Below, one piece after another: positions 40,201 to 49,926 of a stretch of 64,000 bases of DNA; the first letter of the stretch is position 1, and every line of letters starts with the position of its first letter. This stretch comes from an uncultured Elusimicrobia bacterium (GTDB lineage: Bacteria > Elusimicrobiota > Elusimicrobia > 2-01-FULL-59-12). A program made the translations under genes and the position numbers. The stretch spans positions 480,001 through 544,000 of the forward strand of contig OY969767.1 of NCBI GenBank assembly GCA_963702895.1, in the 5' to 3' direction. The notes beneath the pieces were generated by a model that worked only from the letters and a program-made list of their open reading frames with translations, was not told where the DNA came from and searched no databases.

Positions 40201-40408
40201 CGTCTTCGAGGGCGTCCGTCACTTCCGTCTCCACGACTTCAGGCGCCGCCCCCTCCCATGTCACGCGGACATTGATGACGGGAAAATCAACATCCGGCAG
40301 CTGGCTGATGCCCATGCGCTGGGAACTGATCGCCCCAAAGACGATCAGCCCGATCATGAGCATCCAAGAAAAGACAGGGTTTTTAATGGAGACGTCGGAA
40401 AGGGTCAT
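37280..40408 (-). CDS. RND efflux permease (AcrB family)
   Basis: PDVDFP, GIVVDDAIMVLENI, GIVKKNSILLVDF, RLRPIIMT. Confidence 0.95.
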   Translation of the reverse strand: MTLSDVSIKNPVFSWMLMIGLIVFGAISSQRMGISQLPDVDFPVINVRVTWEGAAPEVVETEVTDALEDAVVQVEGVKEISSSSRQGQANLNIEFNLNRDIDVALQEVQTKIAQAQRNLPAEIDPPVVTKNNPEDQPIMWVAFTGQRDRKFLMEFTKDRLKDAFTTVPGVGEVFLGGYIEPNLRVWLDQDQMRSRELTVDDIIQTVRTQHSEVPAGRIETPKQELNIRVMGEAATVEEFEDIIIPARQGGSPLWRTFRIRDIGSVEDGLDDIRRISRSQGESAVGLGIRKQRGSNAVEVARAVKDRIAALKKSLPANTDLNVVFDTTQFIEESTHELKLHLILASLLTGLVCWVFLGSWSSTVNVLLAIPVSIVGAFTIFYFLGFTLNTFTMLGLTLAIGIVVDDAIMVLENIVRYREQGHSRMRAAIAGAREITSAAIAATTAILAIFIPVIFMPGIVGKFLYQFGVTMSVAVALSLVEALSIAPMRCSQFLEVGHTTRIGQALDRSMDRLSALYHRTLIRVLDFPWTTVLVSAAIFSSVFYVARVVKKEFVPSQDQSRFLVRIQAPVGSSIDFTDRVFQQIESKALEHPALARYFCAVGGFGGGETDTGNLFMTLKPKSERPLNPKTKKRYTQADVMGWARNEFSQVPGVKRTIVQDLSQQGFSAQRGFPVEVALLGRDWDVLADLSEQFQSRMKESGFMVDVDTDYRLGQPEIRVEPDRKKAAARGVTMESIGNAVNAMIGGVRIGKYTRGGRRYDIRVRLVDKDRQQPKDIRNIWVRNNRGEVVPLDEVVTLKEKPSLVSITRKDRQRAIRLFANVAPGHSQGEALGKMQEIASQLLPEGSRMVFSGSAATYGESNKGLLFVFVLGLFVAYMVLASQYNSFIHPFTVLLALPFSIVGAFLALWMTGSSLSLYSAIGLILLMGIVKKNSILLVDFTNERRKAGLGVREALLEACPIRLRPIIMTSVSTMSAAIPTAMAVGAGAEIRAPMAQVVIGGVLLSTLLTLFVVPAAYSLLSHLESHRHDRDLKEALKELGEPHS

Positions 40409-41679
40409 AGGCCTTGTCCCATGGCCACACGGAGGTTGACGGCGTTGCTCTTGGCCACCGCGCGGGCGCGCTGCCGTTTGATTCTTAAGTCTTCCAGTTG
40501 CGTGAGGGTCCTGAGCACTTCCAGGTTATTGATGAGCCCCAGGCGGTACTCCCGTTGTTGGACCGTGTAGTTGCGCTCCGCCAGCGTCACCGCCCGTTCA
40601 AAAAACTGAACCTGAGAAAGGCTGTTACGGAGATCCTGATGGGCGTTCTGGATCTCTTGTCGGCCAAGACGCCTGGCTCTTGAGGCCGCAAGCTCAGTTG
40701 CGATGGCCTGTGACCTCGCTTCCTGGACTTGACCCTGGGTCGAGAGTCCTTCGAAAATGGGGACATAGAGCGTAAACATCGCATCCCATCGAACCTCAGA
40801 GAGAGACCCTTCGCGCTCCGTCCAGTAGTCCCCCGTCAAATCCAGGCTGGGTAAATAGCCCCCTTTTGCATAGGCAAGACGATGCTGAGCTGCCCGTTGT
40901 GCGTCTTCTGCGGCCAAGACACTGGGTCGCTTGCTGAGCTGGCCCAAGGCTTCCTCGAGCGTGATGGATGTTGTCTCTGGAAGGGTGTCTAAAAGCGGGA
41001 CCTCCGGCTTCACTTCCGTAAGAAATTGAAGGATTTGACGGGCATTGGCATGGCTCCGGTTGGTTTCTTCGATCTGAGCATCGAGGGAAGCCAGGTCGAC
41101 TTGGGCGCTGAGGACTTCACTGTCACGGGACTTGCCCAATTGCACGCGGCGCTCAAGTTCGTCGAGGCGCTCTTGGGTGAGACCCCGCTGGGACTTTAAG
41201 ATGCCCAGTTCTTCCTGTAAGTCGAACGAGGTGAAATAGATCGTTGCCAGATCCTTGAGAAGATCAAGCTCCGCTTGCTGGCGCTGCCGGCGGGCTTCCA
41301 TGGTCATGGCTTTGACGGCGGCTATCGCACGAAATTCCTTGAAGCCGTGAAAAAGAGGCTGCGTCAGCTGGAAATAGGACTCGTGTTGACTCGTCCGCTG
41401 CGCATCGAAGGACGAGGAGCCTCCCCCGGGATCATCCCGATAGAGCTGCTTTTTCGTCCACGACAGATGGGGAAGGATCGCTCCTACGCCTTGCTTGTAT
41501 TGAGCTTCGAGTTGACGAATGGTTTCATCGTCTATAGCCAGGGTTTCACTGACCTGGACAGCTTTCTTGAAGCACTCCGCTAAGGTGATGCCACTCGGGG
41601 AAGACTGAGCCTCCATCCCAGGCACAAAGCCGAACAGGAGAGCTTCCCATAAGAGGGCATGGAAGATAAGGCGATTCAC
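40405..41679 (-). CDS. TolC family outer-membrane factor
   Basis: OEP repeats; GTG 41679 has an AAGGA RBS; overlaps the RND start. Confidence 0.85.
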   Translation of the reverse strand: MNRLIFHALLWEALLFGFVPGMEAQSSPSGITLAECFKKAVQVSETLAIDDETIRQLEAQYKQGVGAILPHLSWTKKQLYRDDPGGGSSSFDAQRTSQHESYFQLTQPLFHGFKEFRAIAAVKAMTMEARRQRQQAELDLLKDLATIYFTSFDLQEELGILKSQRGLTQERLDELERRVQLGKSRDSEVLSAQVDLASLDAQIEETNRSHANARQILQFLTEVKPEVPLLDTLPETTSITLEEALGQLSKRPSVLAAEDAQRAAQHRLAYAKGGYLPSLDLTGDYWTEREGSLSEVRWDAMFTLYVPIFEGLSTQGQVQEARSQAIATELAASRARRLGRQEIQNAHQDLRNSLSQVQFFERAVTLAERNYTVQQREYRLGLINNLEVLRTLTQLEDLRIKRQRARAVAKSNAVNLRVAMGQGL

Positions 41680-42366
41680 CGTCAAATTCCTTTTTGGCTT
41701 GTCAACTAAGCAGCCGCTCGACGCATCATCTGTTTCCCCAATGACGAGGAAATATACCATAGAAGTAATCCCGTTGATTCACAGCCAAGGACAGAGCAGG
41801 AAATCTTTAGGGGTGGGTTTTCTCCTCTTTCCCTGGAGCAGGCGCCTGCTCGCTCCAGCGAAATTTCCCCTCCATGGCCCAGGCCTTGCAGCATTGTGGA
41901 GGGTCAGCGTTTTGGTTTCGGGCAGCCTGCGGAACTCGGACCCTCCCCCGAAAGCGCAGCGGTGGGTCCTCAAACCGTCCTCGGCTGGGCACGCCCTCAC
42001 CAAAACGCTTGAAATTTCGAGTCGCTCGCCAGGCTCCTGCTCCAGGGAAAGAGGTTCCTCCCCTTGAAAGCGTGAAGATTGCTTGTTGTGGGGGAGGGAG
42101 GCAGCGAACGACTCGCGGACGGCGGCTGGGTGGTGAGCGCGTCCAGCCGAGGATGTGTGAGCCTCAACCTCTGGCTTGCAGGGAGGAGGCGAGTTCCGCA
42201 GGCTGCGCGAACTACCCAGCCGGGGTGTCCGGGAGCGCCGGAGTGAGTCGCCTCCCTCACCCACAGCAAGGACCCCGAAAGATTTCCTGCATCGGCCAGG
42301 ATTTCCGGGTGGCGTCTCTTCGGGATATAAGATACACTGCCCGCAAGCCTAGGAGGCAGACCCGCC

Positions 42367-43527
42367 ATGTTCAAACCCAAGTATCCCTTACACTGGCCGA
42401 ATCTTCTCTTTTTGACCCTTTCGCCGCTTGCGGCCATCGCGGGAGCGATCTCTTACATCCCCCGTTTTGGCGTGCACCCGTTAGAAGTCACTTCCTTTAT
42501 TGTGATGTTCTTCGCCACAGGTCTGAGTATTACAGCGGGCTACCATCGCCACTTCGCGCACGTCGCTTACAGAGCACATCCCGCCGTGCGGCTTTTTTAC
42601 TTGGTCTTTGGGGCTTGCGCGATGCAGAACTCCGCCCTTTACTGGGCGTCCGATCATCGCCTCCATCACCGCTACACCGATACGGACCTTGACCCCTATA
42701 ATGCGGGCAAAGGGTTCTGGTGGTCTCATGTCGGGTGGATTCTCTATCAATCCAGGCAGGAAAAACAGCTCTCCAATGTCGGTGATTTATTGAGGGACCC
42801 GCTGGTGCGGTGGCAGCATCGTTACCATGTGCCGATTGCCATCGCGGTCGGGCTTCTCGTGCCGACCCTCATCGGCAGTTTTGTGGGCAGGGCCTTCGGG
42901 ATGCTGTTGTGGGCCGGAATCATCCGGGTCGTTTTTGTCCACCACATGACCTTTTTCATCAATTCTTTGGCGCATATGTACGGCACGCAGCCCTATGCCC
43001 GGAAGGACACCTCGCGGGACTCCTGGTGGCTCGCTTATCTGACGAACGGGGAAGGTTATCACAACTTTCATCATATGTTCCCATCCGATTATCGTAACGG
43101 TATTCATTGGTATCACTGGGACCCTACCAAATGGCTGATCTGGGGGCTCAGTCGCTTCCGCATGACGCGCAAATTGCACAAGGTCTCGCCTCATCTCATC
43201 TTGCGCGCCAGGGTGGACGTCGAGGCCCTGGACGCGGAAAAGCGTCTGCAGGCCATCCCGCAGGAGTTGGGTCAACCCTGGCGAGCGCGGCTTCAGACTT
43301 CGAAGGAAGGTTTCGAAAAGGCCCTCGCGGATTGGGCCGTGACGCGCGCCCGCTATTGGGAACTCAAGAAAACGGCCTGGGCCAATTCCGAAGGCGCCCA
43401 GCATTGGAAGGGAACACTCGCAACGTGCGAATCTCGCCTGAACGAAGCTCACTTGGCGTGGCGATCCTCCTTTCGGGCCTCCAAAAGAGCCCTCTCATCC
43501 GCTCGCTTGAATCAGGCGGTTGGCTAA
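42367..43527 (+). CDS. Delta-9-type fatty acid desaturase
   Basis: His boxes GYHRHFAH, HRLHH, GEGYHNFHH; WDPTKW. Confidence 0.93.
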   Translation: MFKPKYPLHWPNLLFLTLSPLAAIAGAISYIPRFGVHPLEVTSFIVMFFATGLSITAGYHRHFAHVAYRAHPAVRLFYLVFGACAMQNSALYWASDHRLHHRYTDTDLDPYNAGKGFWWSHVGWILYQSRQEKQLSNVGDLLRDPLVRWQHRYHVPIAIAVGLLVPTLIGSFVGRAFGMLLWAGIIRVVFVHHMTFFINSLAHMYGTQPYARKDTSRDSWWLAYLTNGEGYHNFHHMFPSDYRNGIHWYHWDPTKWLIWGLSRFRMTRKLHKVSPHLILRARVDVEALDAEKRLQAIPQELGQPWRARLQTSKEGFEKALADWAVTRARYWELKKTAWANSEGAQHWKGTLATCESRLNEAHLAWRSSFRASKRALSSARLNQAVG

Positions 43528-43539
43528 GGTGTTTGGGGT

Positions 43540-44943
43540 TCAGGGCCAGGGTGTCGAACTTGGAGATATTTCCTGCCAGGACTGACGCGATAGGACGACA
43601 TTGAGGGCTGGAACCTCAAGAGTGTCGTCATAAAAGATTCCGCAAGAATTCGACAAACTTCCGCCACTGGCTGTGACATTCCCGTTCACCCATACAGCGC
43701 CGTGAAAGTCAAGGTATTTAAGAATCGTGAGATTGCCGCCTACGTATGTAAAGCCTTTGATGCCTACTGTGTTGATATAGGGGCCTGTGCCGAGACCCGG
43801 AACGCCGAACGTATCTGTTCCAAACTGAAAGGTGGCGGCTGTGGAGTGGTATCCTGTATCCGCGGGGTATTGTCGGGTGGCTGCCGTGTCGAAGGTGGTC
43901 TTTGTGAATTTCTGATGTTCCTGCCAGGCATTCGTCGGGACATGTCCCGTATACTTAAATTCGCCGGGGGTGTCGATTGTGAGATTTCCCCGGACGATGA
44001 CCATCCCGCGCAACCCACAACTTTGATTCGCCGATGATCCTCCGCTGAGGACGACATCGCCATCCCAATACCAGACATAATCCGTGTCGGGATTTAAGCG
44101 AGCGGACCTCGTGTGGCTCCACGGATTGCCAAAATGCGTGGTGTGCAAACCTGCCGAAGCGCAACTCGCCCGCGTGTCCCATCTCGTGGCGTGAGCCAAG
44201 CTCCCTGCGCCGCCTTGTGTCGATCGACATCCGTAAATGTTCAGTGTGCCTGTGGCGGCAGCGGAGGAGCGCAGCGCCACAAAATCAAGAATGGGGACTT
44301 CCGGAACGCCAGAGTACTGGGACCACCATTCAACATTGTCCGTGTTGGGGGTTGCCAACCCATTGGTATCGCGAGGATTGACGGCAGTTCCGATCACAAC
44401 TCCCTTTGCATACTTTCGGGGGTAGTAAATACCACCCACAACATCGTCCATCACTTGCATGTTTCCCTGTGACAGGATCGCTCCCCAGAATATGAGCAAT
44501 CCTTTGGCCCATGTGACGCTTCCTCCAGCCATTATTGGGCTGTAAATGGTTTGGTTTCGGTAGACGGCCGAAATCGCTCGAACTTCGTTGGTCGAGGAGT
44601 CCCTCCCTTCAGCGACGATGGTGACCGAATTGTTGGCAGCACTCGAGAATCGTATTCGATAGCTTCCCCCGGGAATATCACGATACGTCGTGTCAAAGTT
44701 ATAACCTGCGATGACGGTTCCAATCGAGGCGTTTTCCCAAGTGGTGGTTGTGCTTTGAAGTTTCCACTGTCCCCGGTCCAGCCCCGCTTCAGCCAGATTC
44801 ACGGCGGAAACACTTTTCTGTTGCTTGACCGCCCATCTCATATCGTGCTGCAACCAGCTCACCAGGCCATAGGTCATGATGGTCATGACAACCAATAACC
44901 CAATCACAACTGGCAATATTTGGCCACGGCTGGTCATATTCAT
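43540..44943 (-). CDS. PilX-like minor pilin/pseudopilin
   Basis: RGQILPVVIGLLVV...AVNLAEAGL; beta-rich C-terminus ending SWQE. Confidence 0.75.
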   Translation of the reverse strand: MNMTSRGQILPVVIGLLVVMTIMTYGLVSWLQHDMRWAVKQQKSVSAVNLAEAGLDRGQWKLQSTTTTWENASIGTVIAGYNFDTTYRDIPGGSYRIRFSSAANNSVTIVAEGRDSSTNEVRAISAVYRNQTIYSPIMAGGSVTWAKGLLIFWGAILSQGNMQVMDDVVGGIYYPRKYAKGVVIGTAVNPRDTNGLATPNTDNVEWWSQYSGVPEVPILDFVALRSSAAATGTLNIYGCRSTQGGAGSLAHATRWDTRASCASAGLHTTHFGNPWSHTRSARLNPDTDYVWYWDGDVVLSGGSSANQSCGLRGMVIVRGNLTIDTPGEFKYTGHVPTNAWQEHQKFTKTTFDTAATRQYPADTGYHSTAATFQFGTDTFGVPGLGTGPYINTVGIKGFTYVGGNLTILKYLDFHGAVWVNGNVTASGGSLSNSCGIFYDDTLEVPALNVVLSRQSWQEISPSSTPWP

Positions 44944-45434
44944 CAGTTCATCACCCGGACTTTCTCAGATGCCATATGGAGTGCCTTGAGCGCGCCTCCA
45001 TAAATCTGTTGTTGTAAGGTCAGCGCTACCGACACGATCGTCATATCATCAGAGCGCGGGAACGTAAACGACAAATACGAAAGGTTTTGTGTCATGGTGG
45101 AGACGTGAATCCCTTCCGAAAAGATCAAGGATCCTCCCTGCTGACGAAGCGTGATGTTCGAGCCTTGGGCCTTCGTAAAGCGGATACGGGAATAATAGGG
45201 TTGGTTGGAACCTTGATCGATCACAACGGTGCTGGATTGGGCTTGCCGGAGTTCGCGGGTCACGTTGTACATGATGGCACGCGCTTCCCGCTGCAGCTCG
45301 AGTTTTGTACGCCCGAGGACAAACAGTTGTGTGGATTTCGTAACAAGACTTGGCGCAATCAGCGCCAGGATGCCGAGGATGGCGACCACGATCATGAGTT
45401 CCATAAAGGTCATGCCGCGCTGATTGTTCACCAT
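44943..45434 (-). CDS. Prepilin-type N-terminal cleavage/methylation protein
   Basis: QRG|MTFMELMIVVAILG. Confidence 0.85.
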   Translation of the reverse strand: MVNNQRGMTFMELMIVVAILGILALIAPSLVTKSTQLFVLGRTKLELQREARAIMYNVTRELRQAQSSTVVIDQGSNQPYYSRIRFTKAQGSNITLRQQGGSLIFSEGIHVSTMTQNLSYLSFTFPRSDDMTIVSVALTLQQQIYGGALKALHMASEKVRVMN

Positions 45435-48058
45435 GAGAAATTCACGCCCGACGTTGTCATCCCGGCGTTCACCGTAACCCCGGAGACGGTTCTTGAGCTG
45501 ATGACTGGAGTACTTCCATTCAAATACATATAGAAAGCATGCACCGAGTAGGCGGTGGTCGTACTGCCGCGTACATCAACGGAGTAGGTGCCGTCTTCGC
45601 CGCTCGAATCGGCATAAAATGCGGACGAATTGAGCGTGTTGCTGCTCAGGGCAGGCGGTGGAAGTGAAATGGCCCCGGTGCTTACAATCACGAGCACTCC
45701 GCTCTTGATGGTCGATCCGCCGGATGTGACAGACCCCGTCACCGTTCCCATGGCGCCGGTAATGGTAAACGTGCTGGACCAGGTCGTCACTCCCGCAGTT
45801 ACGGTCACGGATGCATTCGTCGGGCTTGCGCTCTCTTTCAGATCAAGAACAGGCTCAATGGTGTAGGTGCCGGTGGTGAGATTGACGAGCAAAAAGGATC
45901 CATTGGAACCCGACACTTGAGAATCGCGGACATACCCAGTGGAGTCTTTTGCAACGACGGTCATCCCGGGAAGAGGATTCGTTCCATCGCGCGTCATCCA
46001 GCCACTGACTTTGCCGCCCTTGGGAAGATTGAAGTCGGTGTCCGAGGTCAAGTCTCCAAGTGTCACGGCGACTCCAGTTTGCGTCGCGGAAGCGTACATG
46101 GAATTTCCTAGCCCCATATTCGAGATCACATCGTAGACTCCAGTCGAAACTCGCAGGTAGTAATAGCCGGACGCTCCAATCGTCGTGACCGCGCTTCCTG
46201 CCGTGACCGACAGGCTCCCGATGATGGGTTGGCCAGCGGCGTCCTTGACAGTCCCGCAGATCATTCCCGTTACTCCTTCCGTGGACAGAATGCTCGCGAA
46301 AGACCCAGGGGCATTCCAGGCGGGTGACGTCGCGGAATTGGGTATCCAGGTGACATTGTTGGCTGTGACCGATACGTTGCTGATCTCTGCTGAAGCTGTC
46401 CCGCTGTCGATGAGAACAACCCAAGTTCCAGAGGCGACACCCGGCACCGAGAACAAAGCATAGGGCGGGCTTCCCATCGAGATGGCAGCGGTCGCAACAG
46501 AAATGCCGTCGCTGATGGACACAAGCGCGCCAGTGGCGGGAACTCCTGAAAGGGGTGCCAAGGTTGTTGTGTTGGTCCGGGGAGCGAAGGGGGGGGATGC
46601 GTACGAAATGAAATCGACACTGTTATTCCCCGAATCGTAGGCATTGCCATAGCTCGAGCTGATGACCGTCGTCGTGTCCGCTCGGCGCACGAAGGCTTCG
46701 CCGACCGCCATGCCGCTCATCGAGGAAGCGGCGGCCGGAGAAGTCTCGTAATACGCAGGTGTTGTCCCAGCCCCATTCCAAGACACGGCATCGATCTTTT
46801 GCACAGAGGCTATTCCGGACCAGGGAGACCCTCCATTGGTCCCGATTCCAAATCCCCCGGCGCTCTGAGTCCACGCGCATCCGCCTGCTCCGTAGGGGTG
46901 ACACTGAAGAGCGTGGTTCGGCATTCCAACATAACGCCAGCAAGCGTCGGGGTTCACGGTGGTGCCGGCAATGGTAATGGGATCGCATGTGATTCCGGAT
47001 CCACCGCCATCACCGGTGTTTGTAATAAGGAAGTACCCGTTTGCCGGGACAAACGTACTGATGTAGACAAGCTGCATGTCTTGCGCATTCCCGTCCGCAT
47101 CGAACACGACAGTCCATACAGAGGGGGCGTGGGGTGCTGCATTGCTTCCAATGGTGATGGCGGAGGTCGTGGGATTATAAAGCTCGACATATTCAAGATT
47201 GTTCGTTGCCCCAGTGCTGGCGACCACCTGGCTGATGAGAAGGTGATTATTAATCCAAGCTGTCCCTTTCACGGTGCCGGAACTGATCGGCGTTAATGAA
47301 AAATCCTGAACAAGCGATGCGTAGGGCGCGAGCGTCAGTACCGTGGTTGCTGAATAGAAGCCGGGGGCGCTTGCCATAAAACTGAATGTCCCGGGCGAAA
47401 GATTAATCAGGTAACTGCCCGTCGCGCTCGTCGAGTCTTGCCATCCCACGTTTTCTGCCGCGTTAACAAGAGCAGAAGCAATAGCTTCTCCCGTATTGGC
47501 GTTTGTGACAGTGCCTCGTAAAATGGAGCGTGTCATCACGGTGCTCGGGTTGTTCAAGATGCTTTTCATCGTGATGAAACTTTCTCCCTTGTTGGTTGAC
47601 CATAAGATGGTCACGGTCAGTTGGCGCATTCCAGTATCCGGGGTGGTGGGCGGCAAGATGACGATATTACCAGAATTCTCCTGAACGACTTGGACATAGG
47701 TGTATCGCGTGAACAGCATGCCGCCTTCCATGATTGTCTCTGGAGGGAAATAAGAAGGGTCATAAGGGATACTGGTGGATCCCACCACGCGGTAGGCTGG
47801 GTCCGTCGTGACGAGGACCTCGTAATAACTTTTCTGCATAATGACCTGCATTTTTTCCTGACCAATATTGGTTGCCAGAGTTCGCCCCTTTGAAGCCTGA
47901 ATCCCCTCGTGAACTTTCGAGAACGTTTGGACGGAAGCCAGCACCCCGATGCCGATCAGAGCGGTCGCGATCATCAGCTCTGCGAGGGTTGCTCCTGTGC
48001 TGTTCTTGAAAGTGGTCACAAGAAGTTGCCTGATCGAGAGGCCGCAATGGTGTTGCAT
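45428..48058 (-). CDS. Large prepilin-type protein with carboxypeptidase-regulatory-like repeats and a lamin-tail-like domain
   Basis: G|ATLAELMIA; repeated GTV.N/G.Y...L.PGT; LLISQV...EYVELYNPT; start uncertain. Confidence 0.75.
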   Translation of the reverse strand: MQHHCGLSIRQLLVTTFKNSTGATLAELMIATALIGIGVLASVQTFSKVHEGIQASKGRTLATNIGQEKMQVIMQKSYYEVLVTTDPAYRVVGSTSIPYDPSYFPPETIMEGGMLFTRYTYVQVVQENSGNIVILPPTTPDTGMRQLTVTILWSTNKGESFITMKSILNNPSTVMTRSILRGTVTNANTGEAIASALVNAAENVGWQDSTSATGSYLINLSPGTFSFMASAPGFYSATTVLTLAPYASLVQDFSLTPISSGTVKGTAWINNHLLISQVVASTGATNNLEYVELYNPTTSAITIGSNAAPHAPSVWTVVFDADGNAQDMQLVYISTFVPANGYFLITNTGDGGGSGITCDPITIAGTTVNPDACWRYVGMPNHALQCHPYGAGGCAWTQSAGGFGIGTNGGSPWSGIASVQKIDAVSWNGAGTTPAYYETSPAAASSMSGMAVGEAFVRRADTTTVISSSYGNAYDSGNNSVDFISYASPPFAPRTNTTTLAPLSGVPATGALVSISDGISVATAAISMGSPPYALFSVPGVASGTWVVLIDSGTASAEISNVSVTANNVTWIPNSATSPAWNAPGSFASILSTEGVTGMICGTVKDAAGQPIIGSLSVTAGSAVTTIGASGYYYLRVSTGVYDVISNMGLGNSMYASATQTGVAVTLGDLTSDTDFNLPKGGKVSGWMTRDGTNPLPGMTVVAKDSTGYVRDSQVSGSNGSFLLVNLTTGTYTIEPVLDLKESASPTNASVTVTAGVTTWSSTFTITGAMGTVTGSVTSGGSTIKSGVLVIVSTGAISLPPPALSSNTLNSSAFYADSSGEDGTYSVDVRGSTTTAYSVHAFYMYLNGSTPVISSRTVSGVTVNAGMTTSGVNFSW

Positions 48059-48160
48059 GGCTCTTATTCCTACACTACTTAAGATACATTTACAATGGAA
48101 AAGTCGGCTGGAGAACACAAATTTACATCGCAATATAAGCCTGTTATGACGGCGCGTTTT

Positions 48161-49879
48161 TTACTGAAGAGGGGCCGCTGGGGAGGTGCTGGAAGCCAGG
48201 ATTCTCTCGTAGAGCTGCCGGGTCTGTTGAACGGTGCGCGAAACGCTCACCTGGGCCTGAGAAGCCAGCGCTGAGCGAATCATGGCGGCGTGCAGGGCAT
48301 CATTTTTCAGGGCTTGCTGGAGTTGTTTGCAGGCGCGTAAAAGCCCGTCCGCGCGGGGATGACTGTAGACATAGGGCACCTCAAACCCATTGGGCGCTTG
48401 CCCTTCATTTTCGCGTCCTTGAAAGATCACGGATTCGGGAATGGCCCCGTCATCGGAGGCGATGATGAGGCCCCCATTGACCTGGGCCTTCATGAAACCG
48501 GTCGCTGAGGCCTCCCGTCCATCATCGGCCAGCATGATTGCGGCATCGGTGCCCTGAAACAGCTTCGGGGCCATCCAAACGTTGAAATTATCCAGAAAAA
48601 CAATGCGTTCCTGAAGCTCCGCGTCCTGACTGATGATGTCCAGGAGGTTGTAGATCATGGTTTGAGCCTGGTCATCATGTTGATGGATCCGGCCGCCTAC
48701 CAGCAGGACGATGTTGGTGTCGACAAACTGCTTCCTCAGCGACGCGTCTTTACACAGCGTGTCCAGGATGTCAATGCGCTTGTAGCCCGTGATGCGCCTC
48801 GTCCAGAGAACGACACCCTTGTCGATCACGTGTTCCTTCCAGGTGTGCCACAAGCCATATTGGCGCCAAACCCAATCCAGGAGCTCCTCTTTTTTCCTTT
48901 TTTTGAGTTTGAGCAGCTCGCTGTCTGGCAACGAGGCCGCGCCGAGATAATCCGGCGACTGCCAAATTCCGACATGGACGCCATTGGTGATGGCCTCAAT
49001 TTTGTGCTCATAATCTTTTAAGGACGCCATGGCGCGCATCACGCGCGCGTGTTTTTGGGCGACGCCGAAAACCCCTTCGCTTCGGGCGATCAGCAAGCGA
49101 GTCACATCGACATTGGTGCGGTCATTGGTCCCGGGCGATGGAACATAAGAGGATGAATCGATTTGAAGCCTGGCGATGGTCTGCTCCGACCAGATGGGGT
49201 GGGCATACTCCATCGGGGTGTGGTCATTAAAAATATAGCGGGTGTTGCTGAAAAAAGGGTCGTTTTGCAGCTCATCTTTGACCAGGCGGTGTTGGGCAAA
49301 AAACGTGGGCGTTTCACTTTGAACGATGATGTCCGCTTGAAACCCGAGCGCTTTCGCCAGGTGGAGAGCGCCCCGGCCGGCCAGCCAGCTCTGCTTTTGT
49401 CTCGCCTCGACAGCCCAGGACCAAGGGTTGGGATGTTTGGGAGGGGCATCTTCTTCGCTGGGGTAGACCACATCGGTCATTTCCGGGCAATCAAGAAAAT
49501 AGACCTTCGATTTTCCGTAAGCAACTTCCCAAACGTGGGCTTTGGCGACCGACTTGTCAAAAAGGTTGATCGAAAGGATGAGGTCTGTGTCTTTGAGGAA
49601 CGGGCGCAGCACGGGAGCCACATGGCGCTTTTCAAGGTGCAGCTGGCCCCAGTCAAACCAGCTCTGGATCCAGGTGTACTGGTAGAGAAGCGTGACGCCA
49701 ATCGTTTCGATTCCTTCCTCTCCATGGGTGATAATGCGGTCGCGGAGCAGAGGGCCAATCCCGCCCACCGAAGTCGACATGGCGGCATCACGGGTCGGCC
49801 GGTACCCGTGCCGGGCGTAAACAGCGTCCAGCACGGCCGCAGGGAGAGCGATTTCCATAGCGACTTCCATGATTCGCAT
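48161..49879 (-). CDS. Alpha-glucan phosphorylase family protein (GT35), divergent
   Basis: AMEIAL, GGIG, HTP, ITNGVH, RRITGYKR, EASATGFMKAQVNG. Confidence 0.8.
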   Translation of the reverse strand: MRIMEVAMEIALPAAVLDAVYARHGYRPTRDAAMSTSVGGIGPLLRDRIITHGEEGIETIGVTLLYQYTWIQSWFDWGQLHLEKRHVAPVLRPFLKDTDLILSINLFDKSVAKAHVWEVAYGKSKVYFLDCPEMTDVVYPSEEDAPPKHPNPWSWAVEARQKQSWLAGRGALHLAKALGFQADIIVQSETPTFFAQHRLVKDELQNDPFFSNTRYIFNDHTPMEYAHPIWSEQTIARLQIDSSSYVPSPGTNDRTNVDVTRLLIARSEGVFGVAQKHARVMRAMASLKDYEHKIEAITNGVHVGIWQSPDYLGAASLPDSELLKLKKRKKEELLDWVWRQYGLWHTWKEHVIDKGVVLWTRRITGYKRIDILDTLCKDASLRKQFVDTNIVLLVGGRIHQHDDQAQTMIYNLLDIISQDAELQERIVFLDNFNVWMAPKLFQGTDAAIMLADDGREASATGFMKAQVNGGLIIASDDGAIPESVIFQGRENEGQAPNGFEVPYVYSHPRADGLLRACKQLQQALKNDALHAAMIRSALASQAQVSVSRTVQQTRQLYERILASSTSPAAPLQ

Positions 49880-49926
49880 ATCCTTGATAATACACGATTG
49901 AAAGCTTTTAAGTATAATCCGCCCCT

